Assembly (NCBI RefSeq): GCF_006345805.1
Contig: NC_043006.1
Location: 23,188,001-23,252,000 of the forward strand
Source of the DNA: Octopus sinensis
Taxonomy: Eukaryota
DNA length: 64,000 bases
Direction: 5' to 3'
The notes below the pieces were generated by a model. That model was not told the DNA's origin, ran no database searches, and was given only the letters and a program-made list of their open reading frames with translations. Shown piece by piece: positions 26,178 through 41,048 of the stretch. A program made the translations under genes and the position numbers. Every line of letters begins with the position of its first letter. Positions within the stretch are counted from its first letter, which is position 1.

Positions 26178-27313
26178 CGTCCGTCCGTCCGTCCATCCAT
26201 CCATCCATCCATCCATCCATCTATCTATCTATCTATCTATCTATTTATCCATCTATCTATCTATCTAACTATCTATCTATCTAACTATCTATCTATCTAT
26301 CGAAGTATCTATTTCTTTTCATTCTTTCTATTTGTGTATGTAAGTATGTGGGTGCGGCGAGGTGCATATGGTGACACTTCATAATGGTAATATCTTAACT
26401 TGTATGCTTAACAAAATTTAATGACATAAATATAAGAATTAATGATGTAAAGGATAAAAAATCTTTGAAATGTTGGAGTGAGTCTCTGTGGTGTGTGCTG
26501 GTGTCAGCGTACCCATGGATGTGTACCGACCTAAAAGTAATAAAGAAGCCAAACAAATATTAGTTCTGTGTTTTATTCAAAAATAATACTGCGTGGCATC
26601 TTGGGCAAGCGTCTTCTACTATAGCCTCGGGCCGACCAAAGACTTGTGAGTGGATTTGGTAGACGGAAACTGAAAGAAGCCCGTCGTATATATGTATATA
26701 TATCTATGTGTGTGTATATGTTTGTGTGTCTGTGTTTGTCCCCCTAGCAATGCTTGACAACCGATGCTGGTGTGTTTTACGTCGCCGTCACTTAGCGGTA
26801 CGGCAAAAGAGACCGATAGAATAAGTACTGGGCTTACAAAGAATAAGTCCCGGGGTCGATTTGCTCGACTAAAGGCGGTGCTCCAGCATGGCCGCAGTCA
26901 AATGACTGAAACAAGTAAAAGAGTATAAAAGAGTATACTGTTACTCTTAGGAGCTAATGATACTCCAATACCCACAGTATATACATACAAAGGTAGATTT
27001 GTTAGTAGTCTGTTATGTAGGCGGATATATATATATTCTTACATATATTCTTAGATATATATATATATATATGTACGTATGTATGTATGTATGTATGTAT
27101 GTATGTATGTACTTTTATTCTTTTACTCGTTTACTTGTTTCAGTCATTTGACAACGGCCATGCTGGAGTACCGCTTTAGTCGAGCAAATCGACCCCAGGA
27201 CTTATTCTTTGTAAGCCTTGTACTTATTCTATTGGTCTGTCTTGCTGAACAGCTAAGTTATGGGGACGTAAACACACCAGCATCGGTTGTCAAACGATGT
27301 TGGTGGGACAAAT

Positions 27314-27352
<39 letters not shown>

Positions 27353-27622
27353 AACACACACATATATATATGGGCTTCTTTCAGTTTCCGTCTACCAAAT
27401 CTACTCACAAGACTGGTTGACCCGAGGCTATAGTAGAAGACACTTGCCCAAGGTGCCACGCGGTGGGAATGAACACGAAACCATATGGTTGGAAAGCAAG
27501 CTACATACCACACAGTCACATATAAGTAGATAAAAGGATATGTAGGTAAACAGACAGGTAAGTAGATAGATAGGTACTATGGTAATATGCCCAGACAAGG
27601 ACACACACATACACAAAAAGAA

Positions 27623-27705
<83 letters not shown>

Positions 27706-28132
27706 TAGATATAGATATATATCTTTTTACTTGTTTCAGTCATTTGACTGCGGCCATGCTGGAGCACCGCTTTAGTCGAACAAATCGACCCCAGAATTTA
27801 CTCTTTGTAACCCTAGTACTTATTCTATCGGTTTCTTTTGCCGAACCGCTAAGTTACGTAAACACACCAACATCGGTTACCAGTCGATGGGGGTGGGTGG
27901 ACAAACACAGACTCAGAAATATATATATATATATACATATATAAATATACATGACAGTCTTCTTTCAGTTTAAGTATACCAAATCCACTCACAAGGATTT
28001 GGTCGACCCTGTAATAACAGAAGACACTTGCCGAAGGTGCCACGCAGTGGGACTGAGCCCGGAACCATGTGGTTGGAAAGCAAGCTTCTTCCCACGCAGC
28101 CACATGTGCGCATATATATATATATATTCAAT

Positions 28133-28168
<36 letters not shown>

Positions 28169-28485
28169 CATACATACATACATACATACAGAGATAATGT
28201 ATGCATACATCTATATACATAAGTGTGTGTGTGAGTTGTGTAGACACACACATAAGAAATATATTTTTAAAAATGAACCTGAGCATCAGTTTGACGGATT
28301 CTCCGTCGGTTTCGACGATGAAGTTTCGGTTGGTTGTCCAACTGAATTCACACTTGTGAAATCAACATATACGTTGATGAGTATCTATAAAGAAGAGCAC
28401 CTTAAGCATAATTCTCAAGCCGAAGCCGTATGACACCTTGTGAGAAGGCAAAATCCCTGAATTAGGGATGAGGGAGAGAGCGGGT

Positions 28486-28537
<52 letters not shown>

Positions 28538-28817
28538 GAAAGACAGACAGAAGAAGGGAGAGGGAAAGTGAAGAAGTTGAAGAATTGACTTCAGTGCTAA
28601 CGTGGTTTTTTTATTACCCGCCCCCACCCCGACCCCACGAAAGGATTGAAACCAAAGTTGATCTCGGCGGGATTTGAACCAAAAACTCTGATCGATGTCC
28701 AATCCTGCCGATTCGCGCCTGAAAATGAATATAGAAGCAGCAAGAAATGCCACCAAGCATCCAACCCCTTCTTTTATATCTGTCTAAGGAATATTTCCTT
28801 AGCAAGTTTAATACATA

Positions 28818-29213
28818 CTAGCAGTATCGCCCGGCGTTGCTCGGGTTTGTAAGGGAAATAACTATATAAGCATTTTTAGAGAGTTATAGCCAAAAAATAG
28901 CAAAAAACTGCATTAAAAATGGAAAACAAATGATGGTAAATTTTTTTTAAATCGTTGACTCATCGTAGACATTTTTAGAGAGTTACTTCCCTTATATAAT
29001 AGCGAAAAAATGCATTAAAATGGAAAAAAATGATGGTAATATTTTTTAAAATCATAGACTCATCGTAGACGCGCGCTAATACCCAGAAGGGCTCGATATG
29101 AATGACGACTATAAGTTACCCGGTTTTGGTTAAACTGCACCGCAAAATGTGGGAGTAGTTAGGAATCTAAATCGTAGGAGACAGACACACAACTTCTCTT
29201 TTATATATAAAGA
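28818..29213 (-). mobile_element. Non-autonomous Helitron
   Basis: 5' TC, 3' hairpin CCCGAGCAACGCCGGG followed by CTAG, inserted between A and T with no TSD; second copy at 44628-45021. Confidence 0.88.
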
Positions 29214-30602
29214 TATATATTCATTGATCTATCAGGGATGAAACATTAACTGAAATATTTTGGTTAATTGAAGTAAACTAAAGCAAACTCATTTATATTT
29301 GAAGGCCGAGTGCTGAGGAATTTTAAAGACACTACAACCATGACCACCACCTATAAAAACAATAGACATTTTGTTTCGTAAACCAAACTCCCTGATTGGA
29401 TTATTTGAATCAAATTTAGAAATGCTGTAGTATCGATTAGCTAGATAACGTGCAGCTAAAAATATTACCGCAAATGAATCGGAAATTTTGACAATGAAAT
29501 GCAAAACTATCATGTAAACAATCTGTCTCGTCACCAATATATAAAACGTGAAAGTCGGTGAGCTGGTCGAATCGTAAGCACGTCTGGCAAAATGCTTAGC
29601 AGTATTTCGTCCGTCTCTACGTTATGAGTTCAATTTCCGCCGAGGTCGACTTTGCCTTTTACCCTTCCAGGGTCGCCATAATAAGTACCAGTTGAGCACT
29701 GGAATCGATCTAACCGACCTATCTCAACCCCTGAAATTACTGGCCTTGAGCCAAAAAACTTGAAAGCAATATATATATAAGACGTGAATCGACAGGTAAA
29801 TTGCCACAATGTCCCGTCGATTCTTCCTGTAAGGTTCAGTAGTAGTGCAGGATTATTGTATTACTCACATTTAACGCATGTCGGCTATCATGCATCGACA
29901 TAAAAGCCACTGAATTGCTTTTCTCAGTGGTGTTCGTTGCTGAGTATAGTGCATTTGAACGGCGTACCTCAGCAGCTATTCTGAACTACTGAAGATAACA
30001 CAAGAAAGTACTATACAAGCAGGTGTCCGTTGTTGTGGCATAATGTCCATTAAATTACGGGATTTCACCAGTTGCCTCTATGAAATTATGAGGGTGTCAT
30101 TGTTTTCACTTCCAGCTAATTTGCTTCCATTTTTTTATACATCTATATTGTTAACATTATTACCAACACGCAATGCATCTACATTGAAGATCAACGTTGA
30201 CTACATTGATTTGTGGACATGATTGATCCTGCATCATCCTCTCTCTCTCGTTCCCCCTCTCTCTTACTCTCCCCCTCTCACTCCCTCTCTCTATGATGTT
30301 CCAAATTTTTGGCTACGACTGTATAGACACAATATGTGAAATTTGGTGGGAAGATGGCTTGTCGATTGCATACACTTTACTCTCTTTTACTCTTTTACTT
30401 GTTTCAGTTATTTGACTGCGGCCATGCTGGAGCACTGCCTTTAATCGAGCAACTCGACCCCGGGACTTATTCTTTTTGTAAGCCCAGTATTTATTCTATC
30501 GCTCTCTTTTGCCGAACCGCTAAGTAACGGGGACATAAACACACCAGCATCGGTTGTCAAGCAATGCTAGGGGGACAAACACAAGACACACAAACACACA
30601 CA

Positions 30603-30656
<54 letters not shown>

Positions 30657-31133
30657 ATATATATAATATATATATATATACATATATACGACGGGCTTCT
30701 TTGAGTTTCCTTCTACCAAATCCACTCACAAGGCATTGGTCGGCCCGAGGCTATAAGTAGAAGACACTTGCCCAAAGTTCCACGCAGTGGGACTGAACCC
30801 GGAACCATGTGGTTGGTAAACAAGCTACTTACCACACAGCCACTCCTGCGCCTATCAAGCACATCAACTCATACTTTTAACGACTGCAAAAGGATGAGAG
30901 GCAAAGTCTCAACCTCATCTGAATTTGAAGTTAGAACGTAAAGCCTGAAGGAATGACGCTTAAGCATTTTCCCCGAGATGCTAATGATTCAGCGAGCTGG
31001 CTGTAATAGTAATAGTAAATGAAAAATAAGAAATAAGCAAAATAACACATCTTCTCTGCAATACTTGCACTGTCCTTGGTATGCTGTCAAGCCACGATAT
31101 GCCACTCTTTATTATAACAACTTATTATCTTAC

Positions 31134-31411
31134 CTTTCGTCCAGCTTGGTTATTATGAAGATTCATCAAACTCCGACCGTTTATTTTCCTTCGTCTTTCT
31201 TTTGCATCAACAAAAGTCTGAGAGAAAGCTGATCCAAACGCTATATTATCAGAACAGCCAGACCAAATGAAAGTGCTTTCTATCGAAGCATTTTTATGTA
31301 CGATCCGATCACAGCCACATTGTTCCATTTTCCCGCTGCTGCAAGCTCGAGTGACAGTATGGGCAACTGCAGCCGACGATATGGCATACACAAAGGCAGA
31401 CTCACGAGTAG
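31134..31411 (-). CDS. Wnt4: Wnt4 internal coding exon, 278 nt
   Basis: Acceptor tactttcag|CT completes the phase-1 codon G|CT from the previous exon; donor CGA AAG|gtaaga. Encodes [82 protein letters not shown], a close match to WNT4 ([49 protein letters not shown]). Confidence 0.97.
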
Positions 31412-31532
31412 CTGAAAGTAAATAACGTATATATATGTGTGTGTATATATATGTATATATACATCCATAAAGAAGTAAACAATTGAATAAGGAAACAGAA
31501 ACTAAATGTTAGATGATAAACGAAATAAGTTT

Positions 31533-31748
31533 AACGTAAAGTATACTAGCCATCTCAATATGGCTAACCACTAAGAGTGGGTGTTACTGTAGCTTTTAGC
31601 CCCAGGTGACCTCCCTTTGCAAATACCATAAGGGCACAGAAAGTGTGCCTAAAGCCAGCTGGAGACGATGATCTCCTGGGGCTAAAAGCTACAGTAACAC
31701 CCACCCTTCGTGGTTAGCCATATTGAGATGGCTAGTATACTTTACGTT
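31533..31748. repeat. Foldback with 74-bp arms (2 mismatches) and a 68-bp structured spacer
   Basis: 31533-31606 versus 31675-31748. Confidence 0.93.
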
Positions 31749-31879
31749 GTCGAGCAGTTACTGTTTACATCTCGTTCAGAGATTTATTATTAAAATAAGT
31801 TTAGCTTGTGAACAATTTGTATGTGGTTGTGTGTGTATACAGGTAATTGTTCCGTTATATAAAAAAAGTAAATAAAAAT

Positions 31880-32290
31880 TAAGGAGGAGATAAATAGTAA
31901 AAGAAGCAAAAGGACATTGGGTATTCGGTGGCATAGAGAGAGTCTCAAGAAAGTGTCTTTTGGTCGAAGTACCTGATCGCACAGAAGAAACTTTAACTGA
32001 GCTGATACAAAGTGGATTTTGCCTAGGTCTCACATAGTCAGCGATGGATGGCGAGCATATAATAACATCGGAATCCTCAATCTTCGTGCCTACACCAACA
32101 AAAAACATTTTGTTGATCTTCATGATCAAGATGTCCACGCACAAAATGTGGAAAATATGTGGATGCGGGTGAATTGGAAGTTGAGATAACAGTTTGGGAC
32201 ATCGAACGAATTGTTTGTTTCGTATCTGCATGAGTTTTTCTGGCATAATTCCACTGAGAAAAAGAAGACATTTGTTCACTTTCTGGCGGC
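31880..32290 (+). mobile_element. Merlin/IS1016 (ISXO2-like DDE) transposase remnant
   Basis: GHWVFGGIERVSRKCLLVEVPDRTEETL..IVSDGWRAY..FVD..VHAQNVENMW..SYLHEFFW, with frameshifts. Confidence 0.85.
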
Positions 32291-33059
32291 GGTCGCCTTC
32301 TTTATGCTGTATAAAAAGTAATCTGCTTCTTTTACTGCTTACCTCCCCTTAATGTTATTTACTTTTTTATATACCTAAACTGAACAATTGCCATATATAT
32401 ATATATATATATATATGATTATGAACATAGAAGCGCTGAATATTTTTTTCAAATGTAATTCCCTCCTTCTGTTATTTTTCATGGTCTTCTGTCTGCATTC
32501 CGCAACTGAGGGTAAAATAGAAATATATTCAGTGATCTATCATTGCTGAATCATTAATTAATTAAAAAATATTTTGCTCTATTGCTAATATATCCCCGAG
32601 TAATTGGTCAGGAGGGTCAAAGATTTAATATACGGATTCAAGTTTGAAATTTAATATTTCGCTTATTTAATCTTACGATTCGGACGACTTCAAATTCCAG
32701 ATGTCTTCAGGCGCTGATTGAGTTAATAAACATTTTGGTGAGTAAATTAGTTGGTGGAAAATTAGCCAGTTTCTATTTTGTCATCCGGTTTCAATCCGAA
32801 GATTTTACTGCGTTTAATATGCTAATAACAGATTAAATAAAGAAAATATATGTATATATATACACACATATATCTATACATTTTGGAACTTATTACACAC
32901 ACATGCACACATGTATACATACAGAAATACATACATACTTATATATATTATATATCAATATCATATGTACATATATCATACGCACACATATAAATATGTA
33001 TGTATATTCGTATGTATGAATGTGTGTACACACACGCGCACACACACAAACACACGTGC

Positions 33060-33720
33060 GCGCGCACATCAAAAGAGCCTTGCAGGCCCTCGAAGACATC
33101 TGAGACTAATACCGTTAACGTTCCTTTTAAACATGTCTTACTTGCTGGTTAATTCCCACAAGACATGAGCGGGTAGGAGATTCCAGAATGCCAATGTTCT
33201 AAAGATGAATGGTTGACACAGTGGTTAGTAAAGGGAAACGGGGTTCGACGCATCAAAGGTGCCGAGAGGCAGAGAGAGACAAGCAAGTCGAAGTGCGTGA
33301 GTGGTAGAAGTACGATACCAGCCAGCTCTGAAGGGAAGAGACCAGAGGCAGTACACCAGTGCGACAGAGGCTCGAACGTGTCTCTTGGTGATGGAGTGAC
33401 TATCTGCCAAGTGACACTTTTCTTAATGCGTTCTAAGATGTTAGTGTGCGTCGTGGCAGCTCAGTTGCAGAAGTAGGCCGCAGAACTAAATTGTGGTCCT
33501 CACTTGAACTTTGTAGATTTTCAGAAGCTGTTGGGAGATGAAATATCTTTTGGCCTAGAGAGGCGGGCAAGTCTTTGCAATGCGGTCATAGCTATGGTAA
33601 TGATGAGCTTTTGCTAGGAGAGATACTTGATGATACAGAGGTACAGCGTTAAGAGAGACTGTGGGTGCTCCAGCTGAGTGGCATTTACATTCAGAGAGGA
33701 CATGGTGCGGGGATGTTTGC
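33060..33720 (-). mobile_element. CR1/L2-group LINE ORF2 3' fragment
   Basis: Minus-strand RTLAFWNLLPAHV-like C-terminal motif and PSELAGIV; GC-richer than the flanks; decayed. Confidence 0.55.
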
Positions 33721-33769
33721 AATAAATTTAATTATCTATTTATAATTAATTAAAACGACAGTTATTTAC

Positions 33770-34005
33770 CTTTGTTCAAAATATTTCCAGGGCTGTCTAA
33801 TGACTCGATGGAGCTGCAATTCCAACGTCTGCTCTTAAACTGCTCCTGACATTCTTGGATAGCCAAAATGGCTCCCTGTTTAACACTTTCCATCATTATT
33901 AAATTCTTTTTGCATATTTTTTTCTGTCGTTTCACCAGTCCAACCAGTGTATCACAGGCTTCTTCTGTGTTGATGCTCACCAGAGAAGGCATCTTGGCCA
34001 ATGAC
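33770..34005 (-). CDS. Wnt4: Wnt4 internal coding exon (equivalent to vertebrate exon 2), 236 nt
   Basis: Acceptor tttaaag|G at 34006/34005 and donor AAA G|gtaaat at 33770/33769. Encodes SLAKMPSLVSINTEEACDTLVGLVKRQKKICKKNLIMMESVKQGAILAIQECQEQFKSRRWNCSSIESLDSPGNILNK, which resembles WNT4 ([42 protein letters not shown]). Confidence 0.95.
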
Positions 34006-36111
34006 CTTTAAAGACAAAACACAATAAACAATAACTCAATGTACCGCTAAAGTAAAGTTGCTTTAAAGAAACAGAAAATGTTTCTACATTTCTAGAAACA
34101 TTCATAAAACGGAATTCTTTTCATTGTAAGGAATTGAAAGACACTATTCGATGGAATCAATTCCAGCACATCACTTGTATTTATTTTATTGACATCTGGG
34201 ATATTGAAAATCGATTGTTTGCAATAGAACTGAGATAGGAGGAACATCATGGCATTCAGTACAATATTCTACTGCTTCTGCTACTCATCTTAGTATGGAT
34301 TAGCATTTCTGTTAGGTGTTTTGGAGCACCAGTGTGTGTGTCTATGCTTGTCCCCCACCCAACATCGCTTGATAACCGATGCTGGTGTGTTTATGTCTCC
34401 TAACTTAGCGGCTCGGCAAAAACCGATAGAATAAGTACTAGGCTTACAAAGAATAAGTCCTGGGGTCGATTTTCACGACTAAAGGCGGTGCTCCAGCATG
34501 GCCGCAGTCAAATGACTGAAACAAATAAAAGAATAAAAGAATATATATTAGTAGCTATTACGGGAAACTTCTTTCATTGTACGACATTTTGAAATCCCAT
34601 TCGTAACATCCAAAGTACTTATGTCAAGTAGTAGAATAACATTAACTTATGAAGTGTTTAGCTTTTATATTTATATATTATATGTTATATAGTATTTACT
34701 AATGTTTAATATATTTATATCATATTAGATAAGCGATCTATGTGACCAATAGTTGGGGTTAATATTTTCAATTTGTTAAGGCGGCGAACTGGCAGAATCG
34801 TTAGCACGCCGGGCAAAATGCTTAGCAAAATTTCGTCCGTCTTCACGTTCTTTGCTCAAATTCCGCCGAGGTCGTCTTTGCCTTTCATGCTTTCGAGGTC
34901 GATAAAATAAGTACCCGCTAAACACTGGGGTCGATGTAATCGATTTACCACACACCCCAAAATTGCTGGCCTTGTGTCAAAATTTGAAACCAGTATTTTC
35001 GATTTGTGCCTTTCAATTGTGCTAATCTGATAAAATGTCGATAAAATATCACCATTAAGTCAACGGTCCACTAGAAACAGAAGCCAAATCTCTCAAATCC
35101 TATTATTTGATTGAAGGAACGACATATTTGATAGCCCTAGGAAGCATATGTTGGCTAGATCAGGGTATAAACCTGAGGTTAAACAACATCAATTGATTTC
35201 ATTAATATAGGGAGTTTAGGAGGCGAGTTGGTACAATAGCTACCCTGCCGGACAAAATGTCTTGCTGCATTTCTTCCGGCACTTTACGATCTGAGTTCAA
35301 ATATCTCCGAGCTCAACTTTATTTTTCATTCTTTCGGGGTCGATAAAGTAAGTACCTGTTGAATACTGGGGTGATGTAAACAAATTTTTTCTTTCTCATA
35401 ATTGCTGGCTTTGTGCCAAAAATGAGAAAAAAATTAATATAAGGAATTCAGTTAACTAATTTACGCCTTACCTACACATCCATATCTGCCGTAATCACAC
35501 AGCCACAACAAATTTGCACCTTGGAAAAAGCGAAAATTATTATATTCCTTTTACCTTATGAAATATTTGGAATTGACTTTATATTTTATATGGTCCTTTA
35601 CATTACGTATGCCATCAAAATTTTAATGGTCTTATTAATACTGACGTTATACATTTGTGGAATGGCAAAATACTTCTTGTTACTTAGTCATATCTTTTTA
35701 CGTTTTGTCACCAAATCTTGCAAGTGTCGATTTTCGTTTGATCATTCAGGGGTGGATAAAATAAGAGCCAGTAATATACTGGTATCAATTCTATCGACAA
35801 ATTTCTTATATTAATGTGAAATATTTCATATTATAATTAATGGAAGAAACATATTTTTTGTGTTTTGTAACATTATACGTCTAAACGAGATACATTTTCG
35901 TGACGACTACCGAAATTTCCCAGCTTTCTAGAATATACTTGCATTAAGAATGATTTACAGAATGCTAATTTGAACTAATGCTGCTTTCGTCGCTAATAAC
36001 AAACTCTTATGCAGCCTGGCGACTAACCGCAACATCAGTGATTTGTTAATCACTATTTTTCGAGATCAGTATTGGCTAAATTTGTCTAAGTACACGGTTT
36101 ACTAATTCGAC

Positions 36112-36339
36112 GGCCAGCTGGCAGAAACGTTAGCACGCCGGGTGAAATGCTGATCGTTATTACGTCTGCCGCTACGTTCTGAGTTCAAATTCCGCCGAGG
36201 TCGACTTTGCCTTTCATCCTTTCGGGGTCGATTAAATAAGTACCAGTTACGCACTGGGGTCGATACAATCGACTTAATCCGTGTGTCTGTTCTTGTTTGT
36301 CCTCTCTGTGTTTAGCCCCTTGTGGGCAGTAAAGAAATA
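36112..36339 (+). mobile_element. SINE family A with 16-bp TSD
   Basis: TSD GGTTTACTAATTCGAC at 36096-36111 and 36340-36355. Confidence 0.95.
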
Positions 36340-37674
36340 GGTTTACTAATTCGACCACCGCTGCCAGACATTTTTTTGTCTGCTTCTGATATATTTCTGT
36401 GTTTTCTAACATTGTACGCCTATATAATATGCTTTCTTGAGACGAATGCTGCAGTTTCCTGGTTTTCTATACAATATCTGTGTTTAGTACGTTATATAGA
36501 ATGTAATTTGCTTGTATAAGATTAGATGAGGGAATAGTCACGAGGTCTTTTACCAATTGAAGTTATTTCTGTAGTCATCCCAGAATACAAGAACACAAAG
36601 TGAAAACAGATTTTTGTAAAGTGTTCTTTTTTTTCTTTTATGACAAACGTTATTTTTGTGATGTAAATTCACTGCTTTGCTTAAGTATTTAAGTTAAAAG
36701 TTTTTAAGCTATAAAAATATGTATATAAGATAAAACGCTTGCTGCAAATGTTCTTAATCTTTTAATGTTTCTGCTACTCTTAAGAGCAAACAAAAAAAAA
36801 AAAGAGCGATACGTTTTATAAATGAAACTTCATTTTTTTTTTTTTTTTTGTAAAAAAGAAATAATAATGTTTACAAAGAGGAACCTTCATGATTCCATTT
36901 TCTGATCCTATGCCAAACCCTGTTATCAGACTTATGGCACAATGAAAATATAAATTATTTCGCCTTGGTGTGTGGCTTCATTTAATTTCCTACCTTTATT
37001 TTCTGAAACTTCGTTAAAAAAAAAAGCTATTGGAGATTCTTCGGAATTTTCTTTTTCTTTTTTCTTTTGTTTATTTATTTGTAGTAATTTGGTTTTTCAT
37101 TCATTTGTATTTATTTGGTTCTTTCCCTAACTTAGTTGTTTGTTTGAATTCCAACTTAATATTTTAAGGAAAAAAATACTGGGTACCTAGATAAAGAATT
37201 TTAGATGTCAAACTCGATGTTTTCTATTCAAAATATCTTCCTTGTATAGCAGAAGATACGAAGTCCAGTGTAAAACATACGAAATCATGGAGATATTGGG
37301 CGCCAGCGCAAGGGGCAATTTACCAAGATGGTATGGGTTATTCCACCAACTATTTAACGCCTGACTTTCTCTGCGTGTAACGCTTCTGAAGTAGGGGAGA
37401 TAATGGGCACAAACTCAAGGGACATATTACCAAGAAATAATGGTTTACTCTACAAATTTTTCTTTGTATGTAAAACATTGGACTGCAAAATGAGCATTGC
37501 TTGTTGCGGGACTCGAGGCGTGGTCAAACTGCTGAAGAGATGCGCGTAAAAAAGAGACTTGTGGATAATTTTGAGTTCTGTCAGGGTGTTAGCGAAGGAT
37601 ATTGTTCTTGATGGTGTTGTCGGACTCGTACAAGTCTGTATGATTCAGGAAGATACAACGCATGCTTTACCCCT

Positions 37675-38390
<716 letters not shown>

Positions 38391-39310
38391 TGTTGTGTCC
38401 CACACCATCGCTTGACAACCAGTGTTGGTGTGTTTACGTTGCGTAACTTAACGGTTCGGCAAAAGAGACCGGTAGCATAAGTACCAGGCTTTAAAAATGT
38501 TCTAGGATCGATTCGTTTGACTAAGACTCTTCAAAGCGGTGCTCCAGAATGGCCTCAGTCAAATGACTGAAAGAAGCAAAAGGAGTAAAAAAAGATTGTA
38601 TTTTGTTTTCTATTCAATTAATTCTGCATTGGATGTTCTAAGTGCAATTGGATACTTAACTACAACGGTTAATCGGGTGAATACTTTATGGCATTATGTT
38701 TCAGAGATCTTTTATGCTTTAATTCGTTAATTCTTTTATTTCTTTGTCATTGGTCTGCAAGCCATATGGAGTAGAAAAGACTGCACATGGATAAATATAA
38801 GCAACACCTTTTTTTATGGAATACAGTCATATACTGTATATCAGCATAAGAAATATTAGTGGAACAATGCCCATCAGAAATGCAAACACACAGACATGGC
38901 ATAGTTATTTGAGACTGAAATGAAAAGTTATGTGCAACCATAGAGGTTAGCTGCCCTGAACAGTGAACTTCACTTCTGAAATCAGCGAGTATGAGAACAT
39001 CTACGGAAAACTGTTATGAAACCAGAAACTCCTCTACACTGATTATAAGTTCACTCGCATACCAATAATTAATGGTGTCTAAGCCACAACCTGGAGAAGG
39101 TACGATGGTCTAGTGAGAGACTTGCTAACATTTAACTTTACAGATGCAACCTGTAAGTAGAACAGGAGCCTTCGACTTTTCTATCCAAGAGGTTTCCTAA
39201 CTCAATATTTACATGTTATTATTTATAGCTCTCTTGCTTCGAGTTTCACTGTTCCAAGAAAGTCTTATTTCACGCTCTCTTTAAGTTTCTAAATTCTTAT
39301 GATATCAACG

Positions 39311-39347
<37 letters not shown>

Positions 39348-40419
39348 TATGTAGATGTAGAGAAAGAGAGAGAGAGAGAAGAAAGTCATTTTATTCCACA
39401 CGGGTAGAAATCTAGAAAAACGAAGCTGAACATGCACTGGGAGTCTTTTAAATATTTTTTTTAAAGGTTTAACCGATTTCACAGACATTCTTAATTTTCA
39501 AAAGTTAACTGAGATAGAAATATGTGTGACTATATATATTATATGTCAGTATATATATGTGTACATATAGTTATACATATATATATATTTATATATATCA
39601 ATATATAAACTAATACACCTGTTTGCTGTTTACACACCTGTCTTCGTCTTTTGTCTTTTAGTAAATTCCAACTATATATATATTTCGGTGCGAATGGTTT
39701 TTTAATATGGCGCCGTGTTCTACAATCCTGTGAATAATAATAATGGTATTTTTATAAAAGCTTAAAGCTTATGCAATGAGTAAGGAAGATAGTCTAATAA
39801 AGGGGCATATAAGCCATCGGCAGAAAAAAAAAGAAATGCTTTCCCAACCTCATGGGACTTGAACCTTCATCCCTTTGTTAACGCGACTAAGTGTGTTACC
39901 TTTATACCAGCGAATTAGCCTCCCCGTTTCCGCCAAATTTAAGAACTATGTTAGTTCGTATTTGTTTTTATGCAAACAATCTTTCTATACGCTTTCGGTG
40001 CGAATGTTTTTTTTCAAACATTGCATAAGGAGTAGACAACCACCATATATATATATATATATAACCAAAAGTGCTACTAGTAATTTCATGCTGTTATGAT
40101 ACTTGAACAGGCATATTTATAAAATACGCCATGTATCTCCAAACAATCTTTCAGGCCCTATTTATGCGCTATATATTTTTTTAAACCAAGGACGCTGGAC
40201 AGTGAGAATATATGGAAAAATACGTGGAAAAACCGTGAAGAAGATTGGTGCAAGAAAATGGAACGAGGAAAAAAAATGAAATCAAGAAAACTAAGATACT
40301 CGTCTTCCTTGATTGGAGAAAGCACATTAAATACAACTGGTATAGCATAGAATAACAAAAAATATATCAAAATCTGCGAGACAGTAATTCAATCTAGAGT
40401 GGATCGTGTCTTCCAGTTC

Positions 40420-41000
40420 CAGAAAAGAATCCTGTCCATGTGTTTACACCTGCTAAAAATGTCCGAAAACTATTTATACACACATTGAATGATTTGTAGA
40501 GACAATGTTTCTTAAAATATATTTCGTCTTCAAAATTTCATAAGCCATATACAGACAGAATTTGTTTCTACGAATGCCTGTTTTCAAATTGATGACTACT
40601 GATCCAGTTTCTGTTGACAACGCGAAGCAATGGAATCACAAATATCAAGAAACATTTTGTTCAGGATTTGTGTGCATTCTTGATCAATGGCTTCTCTCAT
40701 TTCACCGACTGTTGTCGGTTTTGTTCTGTAAACTTGATTTTTTAAGTATCCCCATAAAAATTGTCTAGTGGTATGAGACGTCGGGTGAATGTGGAAGGTG
40801 TTTTACTGAAAATTTTCGTCTAATTTACCTGTTCAGCAAAATCTCTAGAATACCCCATCTTGTTGGAAATAAACTGCACATCCTCAAACTCCTCTTCAAT
40901 GCTTGGCATGACAGATTGTCGAAGCAAGTTCAAGTAAATGGGACAATATCTCCTTGAATGTAAGATTTCAAACCAGGAAACTTGCGAAAGAAAAGCACAC
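40420..41000 (-). mobile_element. Possible decayed Tc1/mariner-superfamily transposase fragment
   Basis: YLNLLRQSVMPSIEEEFEDVQFISNKMG resembles the segment before the QQDGA motif; heavily degraded. Confidence 0.35.
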
Positions 41001-41048
41001 ACACGCATAGTGTGTGTGTACGTTACTTAGTGAATGTTATTAAATAAA

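Larger units (their letters stand above)
31412..33769 (-). other. Wnt4: Wnt4 intron between the two identified exons (phase 1, 2358 nt)
   Basis: GT..AG boundaries; the reading frame is preserved on joining. Contains a foldback, a Merlin remnant and a LINE fragment. Confidence 0.9.

Noticed and set aside
35490-35560. Possible Wnt4 exon 1 (TGG CT|gt)
   Set aside because: Weak donor, no in-frame ATG before a stop, and no signal peptide. Candidates near 34605 and 60110 failed similarly.
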